A DNA stretch of 54,072 bases from a bacterium (GCA_018401295.1 JAGYLJ010000004.1:1-54072); one strand, 5' to 3'. Counted from the first letter of the stretch, positions 8,531 to 17,241 are shown. Numbers and translations are program-made. The notes: generated by a model not told the origin, from the letters alone.

Positions 8531-10057
8531 TTAGCGGTTTCTATCTTCTTCAAATTGTTTTTTTAGAGAAGACTTGATGTGTCTTTTTGCATCAGCAGTT
8601 TTTGCTATATTTAACCATTTGGCTGTGGGAGTAATTTCTTTTTTTGTAATTATATCTACAATATCACCGTTTTTTAACTTGGTATCAAGTGAGACTAGTT
8701 TCCCGTGGACTTTAGCTCCAGACATGTGGTTACCTATATCTGAGTGAACTGCGTAGGCAAAATCAATCGGGCTTGAATCCACAGGTAAGTCAATAACATC
8801 TCCATTAGGGGTAAAGATAAAAATTCTATGTTCAAAAAAATCTTTTTTTAATTCTTCTACAAATTCTTGTGATTGAACATCGTTTGGATTTTCGGCTAAT
8901 TTTTTAATCCAAACTGGGACATCAGCTAAGTTTTGGTTTTTTCCGTTATTGTTTAGTTTTTGGATATTAGGGAGGAGTTTCTTAATCCAAATATTATTAG
9001 TAGGGATGAATCCATTCTTTGTTTTTTTTGTTTTATATGATAAATGGGAAGCAATTCCATATTCGGCGTTTCCATGCATTTCGGCTGTTCTTAGTTGAAC
9101 TTCCACTACGTTTCCAAATCTAGTAAAAATTGTGGTATGAATACTTTGATAGCCATTGGGTTTTGAAAAAGCAATATAGTCTTTTATTCTTCCTGGCATT
9201 GGTCTTCTAAAACTATGAATAATCCCGAGAGCTTTATAACAATCATTGACAGTTGGAACGATGATTCTGAGAGCAAAGATATCATAAATTTTATTAACAT
9301 CCCAATCTTTTCTTTCAAGTTTTTTGTATAAACTGTAGGCACCTTTTTTCCTATAGCTTGTCTCTATGTTTGTTATACCTTCCTTGGCTAATTTTTTTAT
9401 AATAGTCTGATTTACTTTCTTTAATAATTCTATATCCTCATTGTTTTTTTCTTTTACAATCGCTAATACTTTTTCGTGTTCCTTTGGGTAAACAAAAGGA
9501 AAAGATAGGTCTTCTAACTTTCGATTTAATATCCCCATTCCAAGCCGATAGGCTAGGGGGGCAAAAATTTCTAATGTTTCCGTGGCAATACGTAGTTGCT
9601 TTTCTTCGGGTACGTGTTTTAGCGTTTCCATATTATGAATACGGTCGGCTAATTTGATGATGATTACCCTGATATCTTGTGATGAAGCTATGAATAGTTT
9701 TCTTAAACTTTCCGCGTGTCGTTTAAGACCGTGGAAACGTATTTTACCTAATTTTGTTACGCCGTTAATAAGGAAGAGAATTTCATCACCAAACTCTTTT
9801 CTGATTTCTTCTTCATCAATATCTGCATCTTCGATGACATCGTGTAAAAGACCTGCAGTAATAACGGTTGCCCCCATACCTAAGAGAGCTAAGTTTTTGC
9901 CTGTTTCATAGGAGTGAATAAAATAGGGTTCACCTGAGTAACGTAATTGGTTAGAATGGGCTTTTTGAGCGAAATTAAAAGCTCGAGTTATTAGCTCGAT
10001 GTCTTCTTTACTAGGTGAATCCATCATGTTCGTAAGTTCTTTGATGCTTCCAATCAT
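8531..10057 (-). CDS. rel: bifunctional RelA/SpoT-homolog (p)ppGpp synthetase/hydrolase
   Basis: HD hydrolase motif LHDVIEDA, synthetase core YQSIHTT, C-terminal TGS domain (FTPNGDVIDLP..GDIVDIIT). The ORF extends to 10111, and start choice among 10111/10057/10027 is uncertain. Confidence 0.9.
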   Translation of the reverse strand: MIGSIKELTNMMDSPSKEDIELITRAFNFAQKAHSNQLRYSGEPYFIHSYETGKNLALLGMGATVITAGLLHDVIEDADIDEEEIRKEFGDEILFLINGVTKLGKIRFHGLKRHAESLRKLFIASSQDIRVIIIKLADRIHNMETLKHVPEEKQLRIATETLEIFAPLAYRLGMGILNRKLEDLSFPFVYPKEHEKVLAIVKEKNNEDIELLKKVNQTIIKKLAKEGITNIETSYRKKGAYSLYKKLERKDWDVNKIYDIFALRIIVPTVNDCYKALGIIHSFRRPMPGRIKDYIAFSKPNGYQSIHTTIFTRFGNVVEVQLRTAEMHGNAEYGIASHLSYKTKKTKNGFIPTNNIWIKKLLPNIQKLNNNGKNQNLADVPVWIKKLAENPNDVQSQEFVEELKKDFFEHRIFIFTPNGDVIDLPVDSSPIDFAYAVHSDIGNHMSGAKVHGKLVSLDTKLKNGDIVDIITKKEITPTAKWLNIAKTADAKRHIKSSLKKQFEEDRNR

Positions 10058-10207
10058 TCTAATAGAATAGCTCTTTGTTTTTAAAAAAACAACATGGGAG
10101 GTTATCCACATACAAAGGGTTGATAAATACTGGGAGAGGTAGATACTTAAATTGGGTAGTTCTTTATGTTAATTTTTATTAATTTCCCCTAGGGAGGAGG
10201 AAGAATT

Positions 10208-10345
10208 ATGGACATAAGACGGAGGTGTGAATTGTGTAATACTCGGCTAGTGTTTGCATCAGAATATCAAGATAAAGACGTTGAATGTTTGTGTTGTGTC
10301 TGTCCAAAATGTGGACAAGTTGTTGTTTTTAAGAATCAAGGATGA
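10208..10345 (+). CDS. 45-aa zinc-ribbon protein (not in ORF track)
   Basis: GGGAGGAGG SD 7 nt upstream. MDIRRRCELCNTR...CLCCVCPKCGQVVVFKNQG with CxxC ... CxxC. ATGA overlap with the next ORF. Confidence 0.5.
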   Translation: MDIRRRCELCNTRLVFASEYQDKDVECLCCVCPKCGQVVVFKNQG

Positions 10346-10368
10346 TTCTTGTGATAGGAGGGGATAAA

Positions 10369-10629
10369 ATGGAAAGGAAGGTTTTGATTATTGCTAAAGA
10401 GAAAACATCTCGGATTGATGATTTGGCTAAGGCTATTGAAGGCTGGTTAGGTCAGGAAAATTTCGTCTCAGTTGATGTCAGCGTTACGACAGATGAAACT
10501 GTCAAAAGAATGTTGTCTCACGGGTATGACAAAATTGTCTCGGTTTTTTTCAAACCGGATAGCTTTTCTCCTCAGGAGGTATCTGCTAAAATTTTTGCAG
10601 GAGGAACTCAAACATGTTTTGTTATTTAG
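10369..10629 (+). CDS. hypothetical protein
   Basis: ATG 10369 preceded by GGAGGGG. The track ORF starts at 10342. No motif recognised. Confidence 0.5.
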   Translation: MERKVLIIAKEKTSRIDDLAKAIEGWLGQENFVSVDVSVTTDETVKRMLSHGYDKIVSVFFKPDSFSPQEVSAKIFAGGTQTCFVI

Positions 10630-11170
10630 AACCAGTGTTTTTGGAGCGGATCGACTTTGTCGATTCGCTCCTCTTTTTTTGTAAAAACCAAAAGATTAAA
10701 GGTATAACTATTCCGAGAATAGACCCTGCTAAAATATCAAGTGGCCAATGGATACCCACAATAACACGGGACAAGCTGATTAAAATTGCGCTGATGAAAA
10801 GTAGAATTCCAATTTTGTAGCTCTTAAAAAGAGAAACTGCCATTGCGAGAGCAAAAGTAAATGTTGCGTGTCCAGAAGGGAATGAGTCATTAAGCCCGTG
10901 GTTGAAGAGCATTTTAACATCGTCTAGTAAGACGAAGGGGCGAGGACTAAAGTAAAAATATTTGATAATTTTGGAAATTAACCAAGCCAAAAGTGTGGCA
11001 ATAAGAATTTTTGTAATTAATTTCAAAGTTATTTTTTTTAGAAAAAACAAAACAACTACATAAAAAATAACCCACCAAATTAACCAGTCAGCTAGAAATA
11101 TAAAAATAGTATCAAGGGATTCACTATTGAGTGCAAAGTTATTTAAAAAATAAAAAATGTCTTGATTCAT
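10622..11170 (-). CDS. PAP2-family phosphatase (undecaprenyl-diphosphatase-like)
   Basis: PAP2 motifs SPRP, PSGHAT and SRVIVGIHWPLD, multi-TM. Confidence 0.85.
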   Translation of the reverse strand: MNQDIFYFLNNFALNSESLDTIFIFLADWLIWWVIFYVVVLFFLKKITLKLITKILIATLLAWLISKIIKYFYFSPRPFVLLDDVKMLFNHGLNDSFPSGHATFTFALAMAVSLFKSYKIGILLFISAILISLSRVIVGIHWPLDILAGSILGIVIPLIFWFLQKKRSESTKSIRSKNTGSK

Positions 11171-11172
11171 GG

Positions 11173-11465
11173 TTCACCCTATTAAATATGATTTGACTCT
11201 TTTTTTGATAAATGTTTTTCCATGGTAAGTTTTTAAGTATTTTTCTCTGTGTGTTGCATCTTGTTGATTTAAACAAGCTTCATAATAAATTAATTTCATT
11301 GGCAGTCTTTCCTTTGTTGAACAAATTTTTCCTTTATTATGGCCGTCAAATCTTAACTTTAAATTTTTAGTATAACCCGTATAAAATTTCTTATCTTGCT
11401 GTGATTGTAACACATATACGTAAAACATATCTCTATAAAAATTTAAAGTTATTTAACAGGGTAAA
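11173..11465 (-). mobile_element. GIY-YIG gene bracketed by 16-bp imperfect inverted repeats
   Basis: TTCACCCTATTAAATA (11173-11188, covers the last codons and the stop) versus TATTTAACAGGGTAAA (11450-11465): 14/16 complementary. Confidence 0.45.
11174..11428 (-). CDS. GIY-YIG nuclease family protein
   Basis: FYVYVLQS...KFYTGYTKNLKLRFDGHN...ATHREKYLK = GIY..YIG..R..H.. E/N core. Confidence 0.85.
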   Translation of the reverse strand: MFYVYVLQSQQDKKFYTGYTKNLKLRFDGHNKGKICSTKERLPMKLIYYEACLNQQDATHREKYLKTYHGKTFIKKRVKSYLIG

Positions 11466-11492
11466 TTATAACACAATTTTATTTTAAGAAGA

Positions 11493-12845
11493 TTAAGAGC
11501 CGTTGTGAGAGATAAGAGTTTTGATAGTTTTTAAAGCAATTTTTAAATCAATAAGAAATGATTGATTTTTTATATAAAATAAATCATAGGAAAGTTTTAC
11601 TTTGGTTTGTTTAACATCTACAGCGTGACGAGGAGCTTCTTGGTGATAAATTTGGGCCCAACCAGACAATCCTGGTTTGATTAAATGGCGAATACCATAG
11701 TGTGAAATTTTCTTTTCGTATTGTTCTACTGCTGCTAGAAATTCAGGACGAGGACCAATAAGGGATATGTCTCCTTTTAAAACATTTAAAATTTGAGGTA
11801 ATTCATCGATTCTCCATTTTCTTAGAAAACCTCCAACTCGAGTAATCTTATTTTCCCCATTTCCCCAGATCCCTCCATCTGATGGAGTCTGTGTCATCGT
11901 ACGGAATTTAATTAATTTAATGATGCTGTTGTTTCTCCCAACTCTTTCTGGGAAATAAAATAGAGGACCTTTGCCATCTGTTTTCATTGCAAACCAAACG
12001 AATGGGGTAATGATGATAAGTATTAAGGTCAAAGGTAAAGCAATAAAAATATCCATCAGCCTTTTTGAAAACATATAAAAGTGTCTTTTTGAGGAGTTTA
12101 TGTTTTCTAAAAACCAATGGTATTTGATGAGAGAAATAGGAATTCTGTCAAAAATATCTTCGTAGGTTTTATGAATATCTAGAAATTTGATTTTAGAAAA
12201 GATGAGATTATAAAAATAAGGAATAGTTGTTTGTAATTCAGAATCATTTAGGTCTGTCACGATGGTTGATACGTTGTGTTCATAGATTGGGTTGAGGATA
12301 TCTTTTTGAAAATCTATTTTGGTTGTTTTGTCTAGATTGATTGATAGAACAAACTGGAGATTATACCAAGGGTTGTTATTAACTTCTTTTTTAATTTTGG
12401 ATAACTCTTCATCTCTTCCTATAATCATTGCATTCGTCTTGTTTTTTACTCCTAGGGAAGGAACAATATAGGTTCTCCATAGAAGAATTAGAGTTAAGGA
12501 AATTATTAGATAGATGAAAATAATTGTTTTTGGTGCTAGTCCAAATATTGGTATAAGATAAAAGAAGATGATAGCAATAATACTATTAACAATTTGAGTA
12601 TTAATAATATTTGAAAAAAAGGATCTACGCCGTACCAGTGCCTGTCTCTCATAAAGACCTGCTATAAAGAAAGAAATTATCCAAAAAAAGAATAGAATGG
12701 AAAACGGTATTAAGTGTTCTATAAAAAAAGACTGACTTGGGATTTTTGCGTAACGAATAAGAAGGGTTAACCAAAGGGAGATTGTAAAAAACAAAACATC
12801 ACCAATGAAAAGGAATATAGGTTCTTTTTTGTTTAAAATTAGCAT
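11493..12845 (-). CDS. polyprenyl glycosylphosphotransferase (bacterial sugar transferase, WbaP/EpsB-like)
   Basis: N-terminal TM bundle and C-terminal DELPQILNVLKGDISLIGPRPE sugar-transferase signature. Confidence 0.9.
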   Translation of the reverse strand: MLILNKKEPIFLFIGDVLFFTISLWLTLLIRYAKIPSQSFFIEHLIPFSILFFFWIISFFIAGLYERQALVRRRSFFSNIINTQIVNSIIAIIFFYLIPIFGLAPKTIIFIYLIISLTLILLWRTYIVPSLGVKNKTNAMIIGRDEELSKIKKEVNNNPWYNLQFVLSINLDKTTKIDFQKDILNPIYEHNVSTIVTDLNDSELQTTIPYFYNLIFSKIKFLDIHKTYEDIFDRIPISLIKYHWFLENINSSKRHFYMFSKRLMDIFIALPLTLILIIITPFVWFAMKTDGKGPLFYFPERVGRNNSIIKLIKFRTMTQTPSDGGIWGNGENKITRVGGFLRKWRIDELPQILNVLKGDISLIGPRPEFLAAVEQYEKKISHYGIRHLIKPGLSGWAQIYHQEAPRHAVDVKQTKVKLSYDLFYIKNQSFLIDLKIALKTIKTLISHNGS

Positions 12846-12959
12846 TGTTTTTTATTTTGAACAAATTATACAATAATTTACTAAAAAAGCGATAGCTCTA
12901 ATAGAGTTCCATCTGAGATGGTCTATTGATTTTTTTATTTAAATTGTTAAAATTGTTCT

Positions 12960-13140
12960 AGAGCCTATTCAAGATTTCACCGCAAATTAAAAAATAGAGG
13001 CTTGTCGATCGAAATTCCGAAATTTTTGCTACAAATTGTCTTTTTTCCCTCAACATACTTAAGTATGTTTCGTCAAAAAAGAAAATTTTCGCTAAAAATT
13101 TAGAAAATTTCAGTCAGACATGAGATATTGAACAGGCTCT
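12960..13140. repeat. 181-bp imperfect palindrome (MITE-like) in a divergent intergenic region
   Basis: ends AGAGCCTATTCAA / TTGAACAGGCTCT. Perfect 18-bp centre AACATACTTAAGTATGTT (13052-13069). Arms are alignable with one ~24-nt indel. Confidence 0.7.
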
Positions 13141-13216
13141 TGGCAGTGGTCGACAACTGCTTTTGTTTTAAAAGATTATGAATTATTGTTAATAAATCCT
13201 GACCTGCCTCAGGCAG

Positions 13217-13579
13217 ATGGATAAGATAATTATGTCAGAAGTTAAAGATGTAGAGTTTTTGGAATATGTCGTCAAAGAATTAGTTGATGTCCCAGAAGCA
13301 GTAAAAGTTGATAGAAAAGTAGATGAGATGGGAGTTTTAATTACTCTTGATGTTGATCCAACAGATATGGGTAAAATTATTGGTAAGAGTGGAAACACCG
13401 CTAAAGCTATTAGAACCCTACTAAGAGTAGTTGGAATGAAAAACAATTCTCGTGTTAATTTAAAAATTAACGAACCAGAAGGAAGCAGTAGACCTATGCC
13501 AAATATGTCTTCTGAGAGTTCTTCAAGAGAGAGTTTCAGTAGCGTTGACGACGCTATAGAAGATCTTAAATCATTGTAA
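13217..13579 (+). CDS. KH-domain RNA-binding protein (UPF0109/KhpA-like) with acidic/Ser-rich tail
   Basis: VKELVDVPEAVKVD...LDVDPTDMGKIIGKSGNTAKAIRTLLRVVG with the GxxG KH signature. Confidence 0.8.
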   Translation: MDKIIMSEVKDVEFLEYVVKELVDVPEAVKVDRKVDEMGVLITLDVDPTDMGKIIGKSGNTAKAIRTLLRVVGMKNNSRVNLKINEPEGSSRPMPNMSSESSSRESFSSVDDAIEDLKSL

Positions 13580-13610
13580 TTTAAAATTTTTAAAATAAAC
13601 AAAATAAAAA

Positions 13611-13640
13611 ACTGTTGGGTCTAGTCCAGCAGTTTTTTAT
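13611..13640 (+). terminator. Rho-independent terminator of the KH gene
   Basis: ACTGTTGG-GTCTAGT-CCAGCAGT followed by TTTTTT. Confidence 0.65.
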
Positions 13641-13652
13641 TTTTGGTGTTTT

Positions 13653-13681
13653 TTAACTTTCAATTTAATGTTGTTTAGAAT
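13653..13681 (+). promoter_or_regulatory. sigma70-type promoter now driving only a 14-codon stub (likely native ychF promoter)
   Basis: TTAACT (13653-13658), 17-nt spacer, TAGAAT (13676-13681). ATG at 13695. Confidence 0.5.
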
Positions 13682-13694
13682 ATACTAATTCATT

Positions 13695-13739
13695 ATGTTA
13701 TCAATCGGCATGGCTGGAACGCAAGACAACATAATTTGA
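13695..13739 (+). pseudogene. ychF: orphaned 5' stub of ychF (MLSIG...) left at the element junction
   Basis: ATG TTA TCA ATC GGC AT.. encodes MLSIG(M), versus ..VLSIGIVGLPNVGKST of the ychF ORF at 39036. Joining 13695-13711 to 39065 onward gives MLSIGIVGLPNVGKST. Confidence 0.55.
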
Positions 13740-13866
13740 GGTTTATAAAAATACCCTTTGAATTTAAGATTAAATTACCTGCACCTAAAAAGAGATTTGG
13801 GAATAAGTGAGTTTGTTTGTGTTGTTTGTAGAATCTTTAATACTTTAGTGTTATTATTTTTGTATT

Positions 13867-14715
13867 ATGAATAATATTCCCACAATAACCGTAATTAAAG
13901 ATTTGGAAAAAGAAGCGGATGTTTTCGTTAGTTTTTTGAATCATCCACATTTTCCTCAACATCGTCTAAACATTTTTAAGATCTATCCAAAACTGGAGGA
14001 ACAAATTGCTGAGAGCCAAGATGAGAAAATGGCAGTGGTTGAATTTATCAAGTCTTTTTATCAAAAACATCAAGATAAATTAAACATAATTGTAGATGAA
14101 AGTGAGAAGTCATTAGATGAATCGGGTGAGGCATTGAAGCAGTTAGGTGAATTGATGGAATATCAATGGGCGGAAAATACAAATTATAAAGCGTATCCTA
14201 CAATTCTGCCTTTTTCTCCTTTCAATGGAGATGAGTTTTTCTTTTCTATATTGAATTCTTTGTTCAAAAATGAGCCTGTCGATGTTTTGTATGTAGCAAT
14301 TCACGAGATATCTCACTTTATCTTTTTTGATCAAATGGCGGTGATTGAGAATAAAAATAATGTTAAATTTAATGATGACATAGTCTATTATTTCAAGGAA
14401 TCTTTGACGGCAATGATTCTTAATCAAGCCCCCCTTAAAGTGCTTTTGGGTAAAAAAGATATCTTGGGAAATCCAAATATTCGTGATATTCGAGTAAAGA
14501 CAGGGGAGGAGGAAATAAGTTTGGTTGAATTTTTAAGGAAAGAATTTGAAGCTAAAGAAAATTTTGTTGATTTTTTGGAAAAAACTTTGCTGTTATTAAG
14601 AAAATCGGAAGCGGAATTTAATAATAAAAGGGACTTTTGGAATAAAAACGGTCCAAAAATTTTTGAATCTAAAGAAATGTTAGATGAGTATCGAGCACCT
14701 ATTTTAATAAAATAG
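13867..14715 (+). CDS. hypothetical HExxH protein (putative zinc metallopeptidase)
   Basis: single VAIHEISHFIFF HExxH motif, no other recognisable domain. Convergent with the RiPP cassette. Confidence 0.4.
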   Translation: MNNIPTITVIKDLEKEADVFVSFLNHPHFPQHRLNIFKIYPKLEEQIAESQDEKMAVVEFIKSFYQKHQDKLNIIVDESEKSLDESGEALKQLGELMEYQWAENTNYKAYPTILPFSPFNGDEFFFSILNSLFKNEPVDVLYVAIHEISHFIFFDQMAVIENKNNVKFNDDIVYYFKESLTAMILNQAPLKVLLGKKDILGNPNIRDIRVKTGEEEISLVEFLRKEFEAKENFVDFLEKTLLLLRKSEAEFNNKRDFWNKNGPKIFESKEMLDEYRAPILIK

Positions 14716-14739
14716 CCCCCTTACATAAGTAAGAGGGCT
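14714..14739 (-). terminator. terminator of the RiPP cassette (shared convergent hairpin)
   Basis: AGCCCCCTTAC-ATAA-GTAAGAGGGCT. The one non-Watson-Crick position is G.U on the minus-strand RNA but C.A on the plus strand. U-rich tail on the minus strand. Confidence 0.6.
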
Positions 14740-14762
14740 GGTTTGATGTGACCGCTTTGGTT

Positions 14763-14897
14763 TTAAGAGCTGTCACATTCTTCGCAGTTGAAGTCGCAAT
14801 CGTAACAGCCACCCAAAGAATCAGCATGTCTTGATTCCTGAGAGTCATCAGCACTGAATGCTGACATGTCCAATATGCTTTCAAATCCTGCTGGCAT
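14763..14897 (-). CDS. 44-aa RiPP precursor peptide: MPAGFESILDMSAFSADDSQESRHADSLGG-CYDCDFNCEECDSS
   Basis: GGAAGGAGG SD 8 nt before the ATG, 20 nt after the rSAM stop, terminator after it. Double-glycine junction followed by a 14-aa core with 4 Cys and 6 Asp/Glu/Asn. Too short for the ORF track, which lists a wrong-frame 61-aa ORF here. Confidence 0.75.
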   Translation of the reverse strand: MPAGFESILDMSAFSADDSQESRHADSLGGCYDCDFNCEECDSS

Positions 14898-14917
14898 TAT
14901 AATCACCTCCTTCCGTT

Positions 14918-16240
14918 TTAGTTTGTAGATGGCATCATAACCTTTTTATGAACCAAACCTTCTGCAAAGCCCTCTCCGATGATGTTACATTTTTCAATGA
15001 ACACTTCTCGAGTTAGATCTTTGTATTCGGCTAATTCAGTAAAAAGTTTGATGCCATCGTTGTTTAGGTAACACGCAAGGCGCGTACCTAAGAACATAGC
15101 TGCACCGAATGATTCGGGACGCCAACGTATCTTGGGGTTAACTTTAACTTTTGGTGGAATTTCAATTTCTTCCACCTTTCTTTTTTTAAGGAGGTTGTAC
15201 ACCGTATCGGAGTTTTCTGGTAATGAGTATGGATCTAATTCAGAAAGTGACCCAGATCGCATTTTTGCCTCCATACGACATCCACCACCACACCAGGGTA
15301 ATACTTTACATGCTTTGCATATACTTGGAATAAGAGAACCGTCTCTCCATTCAGTCATCCTGTCCCAGATTTCATCCAGATTTTCAGCAAGCATATTTCC
15401 ATAATCCTTATCAAGATGTGTGCAAGGGCGGACATCCCCAGTTGCTGAGATAGCCACTGTGTTTATACCAGCCATACATCGGCGTTTTGACAAATTTTTG
15501 TACTCATCTATTTCCTTTACTCCACAAAACGGGTAACTGCTTAGGGCATCCGTATTCAAACCTTCTTCAAGACCATAAGATCTTAAATCTTTGAGATATT
15601 GACGAAATTCCGTCACATCCAATGAATACTTATTGAAATCTTTACAGTTACCTGGGCAACCAGCTCTGGTACAGTTGAAACTTTTTAGTCCCAACTCTTT
15701 AGCAAGATGCATAGTTTCTAATATATACATCTTGTTCTTTTTGGTTACAACCATGTTTATGGCCACAGGAACATTGAACTTTTGCAACAAATTGATTCCT
15801 TCTACAGTTTGTTGAAAGGCACCGTGTTTCTCAACCAACTGGTCGTGAATTCCTGGGTTAGGGCCTAGAATAGAAGTCATAACGATGGACACTTCTAATT
15901 TTTTAAGCTTGGCACAGTCCCTGTCATTCAAAGTAGTCAAAGTTGAATTAATAGATGTTGTTATTCCGTTTTCTTTTGCTTTCTCGATTGCTCGGAAGAG
16001 AACATTCTTATTGAGAAGAGGCTCTCCTCCAGTTAAGATGATATGGAATATACGATACTCGATTAATTGATCCATGATTGCTTCAATTTGGTTGATTGAC
16101 ATATTTGGTGAACCTTCCAACGAGCATCCCTTGTTGTCTCCTTTGTTTCTCCAAAAATTATAGCAATGCTGACAATTATTGGGGCATAAGGATGATAGTT
16201 CAATCTGAACTACTTGTGGCGCACTTAATTTTTTGTACAT
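14918..16240 (-). CDS. radical SAM / SPASM-domain peptide maturase with C-terminal PqqD-like (RRE-type) extension
   Basis: CPNNCQHC (Cx3Cx2C) at residues 19-26. SPASM cysteines CMAGINTVAISATGDVRPC and CKACKVLPWCGGGC. Tail RWRPESFGAAMFLGTRLACYLNNDGIKLFTEL resembles PqqD-family peptide-binding domains. Confidence 0.85.
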   Translation of the reverse strand: MYKKLSAPQVVQIELSSLCPNNCQHCYNFWRNKGDNKGCSLEGSPNMSINQIEAIMDQLIEYRIFHIILTGGEPLLNKNVLFRAIEKAKENGITTSINSTLTTLNDRDCAKLKKLEVSIVMTSILGPNPGIHDQLVEKHGAFQQTVEGINLLQKFNVPVAINMVVTKKNKMYILETMHLAKELGLKSFNCTRAGCPGNCKDFNKYSLDVTEFRQYLKDLRSYGLEEGLNTDALSSYPFCGVKEIDEYKNLSKRRCMAGINTVAISATGDVRPCTHLDKDYGNMLAENLDEIWDRMTEWRDGSLIPSICKACKVLPWCGGGCRMEAKMRSGSLSELDPYSLPENSDTVYNLLKKRKVEEIEIPPKVKVNPKIRWRPESFGAAMFLGTRLACYLNNDGIKLFTELAEYKDLTREVFIEKCNIIGEGFAEGLVHKKVMMPSTN

Positions 16241-16282
16241 GTTTATTCCTCCTTTTTATTTAAAGGTACATATCTACAAATC

Positions 16283-16310
16283 ATCATACAATAAGTTTGG
16301 AATTAGTCAA
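16283..16310 (-). promoter_or_regulatory. sigma70-type promoter of the rSAM-precursor cassette
   Basis: minus strand TTGACT, 16 nt, TATGAT. AAAGGAGGA SD before ATG 16240. Confidence 0.5.
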
Positions 16311-16386
16311 TGTTTGTGTGACAGCCTAAATTTAATAAATAACTTGCCCTTTTTCTTTTTATGAGGTTTTGATAGAATCTTTATAT

Positions 16387-16548
16387 ATGATATTTATTAA
16401 AGAAGCACGAGAAATACTTGGCAAGGATTATGAAAACTGCTCTGATGAAGAAATAGAGAAAGTAATAGATGGAGCTTATATGTTCGCTGATATTTTTTTG
16501 GAAGGAGTAATAGACAAAGAAGAAAGATCATCTAATGATTTAACTTAA
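16387..16548 (+). CDS. 53-aa acidic hypothetical protein (not in ORF track)
   Basis: open frame MIFIKEAREILGKDYENCSDEEIEKVIDG..., no SD. Confidence 0.3.
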   Translation: MIFIKEAREILGKDYENCSDEEIEKVIDGAYMFADIFLEGVIDKEERSSNDLT

Positions 16549-16595
16549 TTAAGTATATCAAGACCTATTTTTGTGGTATATTTAATTTAAATATC

Positions 16596-17234
16596 ATGGC
16601 GACAACAACTGATTTAATTTTATTGCAATATTTAGAGATTTTAGAGAAGACTAATCAGCAGTTAGGTCTTTGGACTAATCCTTATGGGGTTATGGTAACG
16701 GTCTTATCTTTTATAATTGCTGTTTTGGCTGTGGTGTTTGCTTTTTATTTATGGAAACAAAGTAAGGATTACCAAGAAAAATTTGATAGTTTTTTGAAAA
16801 AACTACAAAACAATTTTGATGTTGAAATTAAGAAAAATTTAAAACTTAGATCTAAGCAAAATAAACAGTTAGAAAAAATTATGTCTGAAAAGAAGAAAGA
16901 AATGGAAGATTTAACAGGAGAAGCTAAAAATAAGGTAGAAAAGGAAGTTAAAGAAATTCAAGAAATAAAAAAAACTCTAAACAGACAGTCTATAGTCCCT
17001 CTTTCTTCGGTAGGTGAATACGGAGATCGTTTTTATGGGGAAGATATAAATATTCGTTCTTCGTGTGGTTTGGAACCAATAATTGGCTCTTCTTTAAATA
17101 CTTCATGTGTTAAAAAATGTGAAAAATGTGGGAATATTTATTTGGATCCTAGTACCAACTGTGGACCTGGTATTGCTCTTGTTTCTTTAGAAACAAAAGA
17201 ATCAAAATGTCCTTATTGTGGCAATCTAAATTAA
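16596..17234 (+). CDS. membrane-anchored coiled-coil protein with C-terminal Cys4 zinc ribbon
   Basis: one TM (VMVTVLSFIIAVLAVVFAFYLW), K/E-rich coiled coil, CVKKCEKC...CPYC. Confidence 0.55.
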   Translation: MATTTDLILLQYLEILEKTNQQLGLWTNPYGVMVTVLSFIIAVLAVVFAFYLWKQSKDYQEKFDSFLKKLQNNFDVEIKKNLKLRSKQNKQLEKIMSEKKKEMEDLTGEAKNKVEKEVKEIQEIKKTLNRQSIVPLSSVGEYGDRFYGEDINIRSSCGLEPIIGSSLNTSCVKKCEKCGNIYLDPSTNCGPGIALVSLETKESKCPYCGNLN

Positions 17235-17241
17235 ATAATTA

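Noticed and set aside
10472-10820. Plus-strand ORFs 10472-10684 and 10614-10820
   Set aside because: They overlap the PAP2 gene or the better-supported 10369-10629 frame, and no motifs are present
14699-14884. 61-aa minus-strand ORF in the supplied track
   Set aside because: It is in the wrong frame, has no SD and runs through the terminator hairpin. The SD-preceded 44-aa frame (14763-14897) is the credible gene
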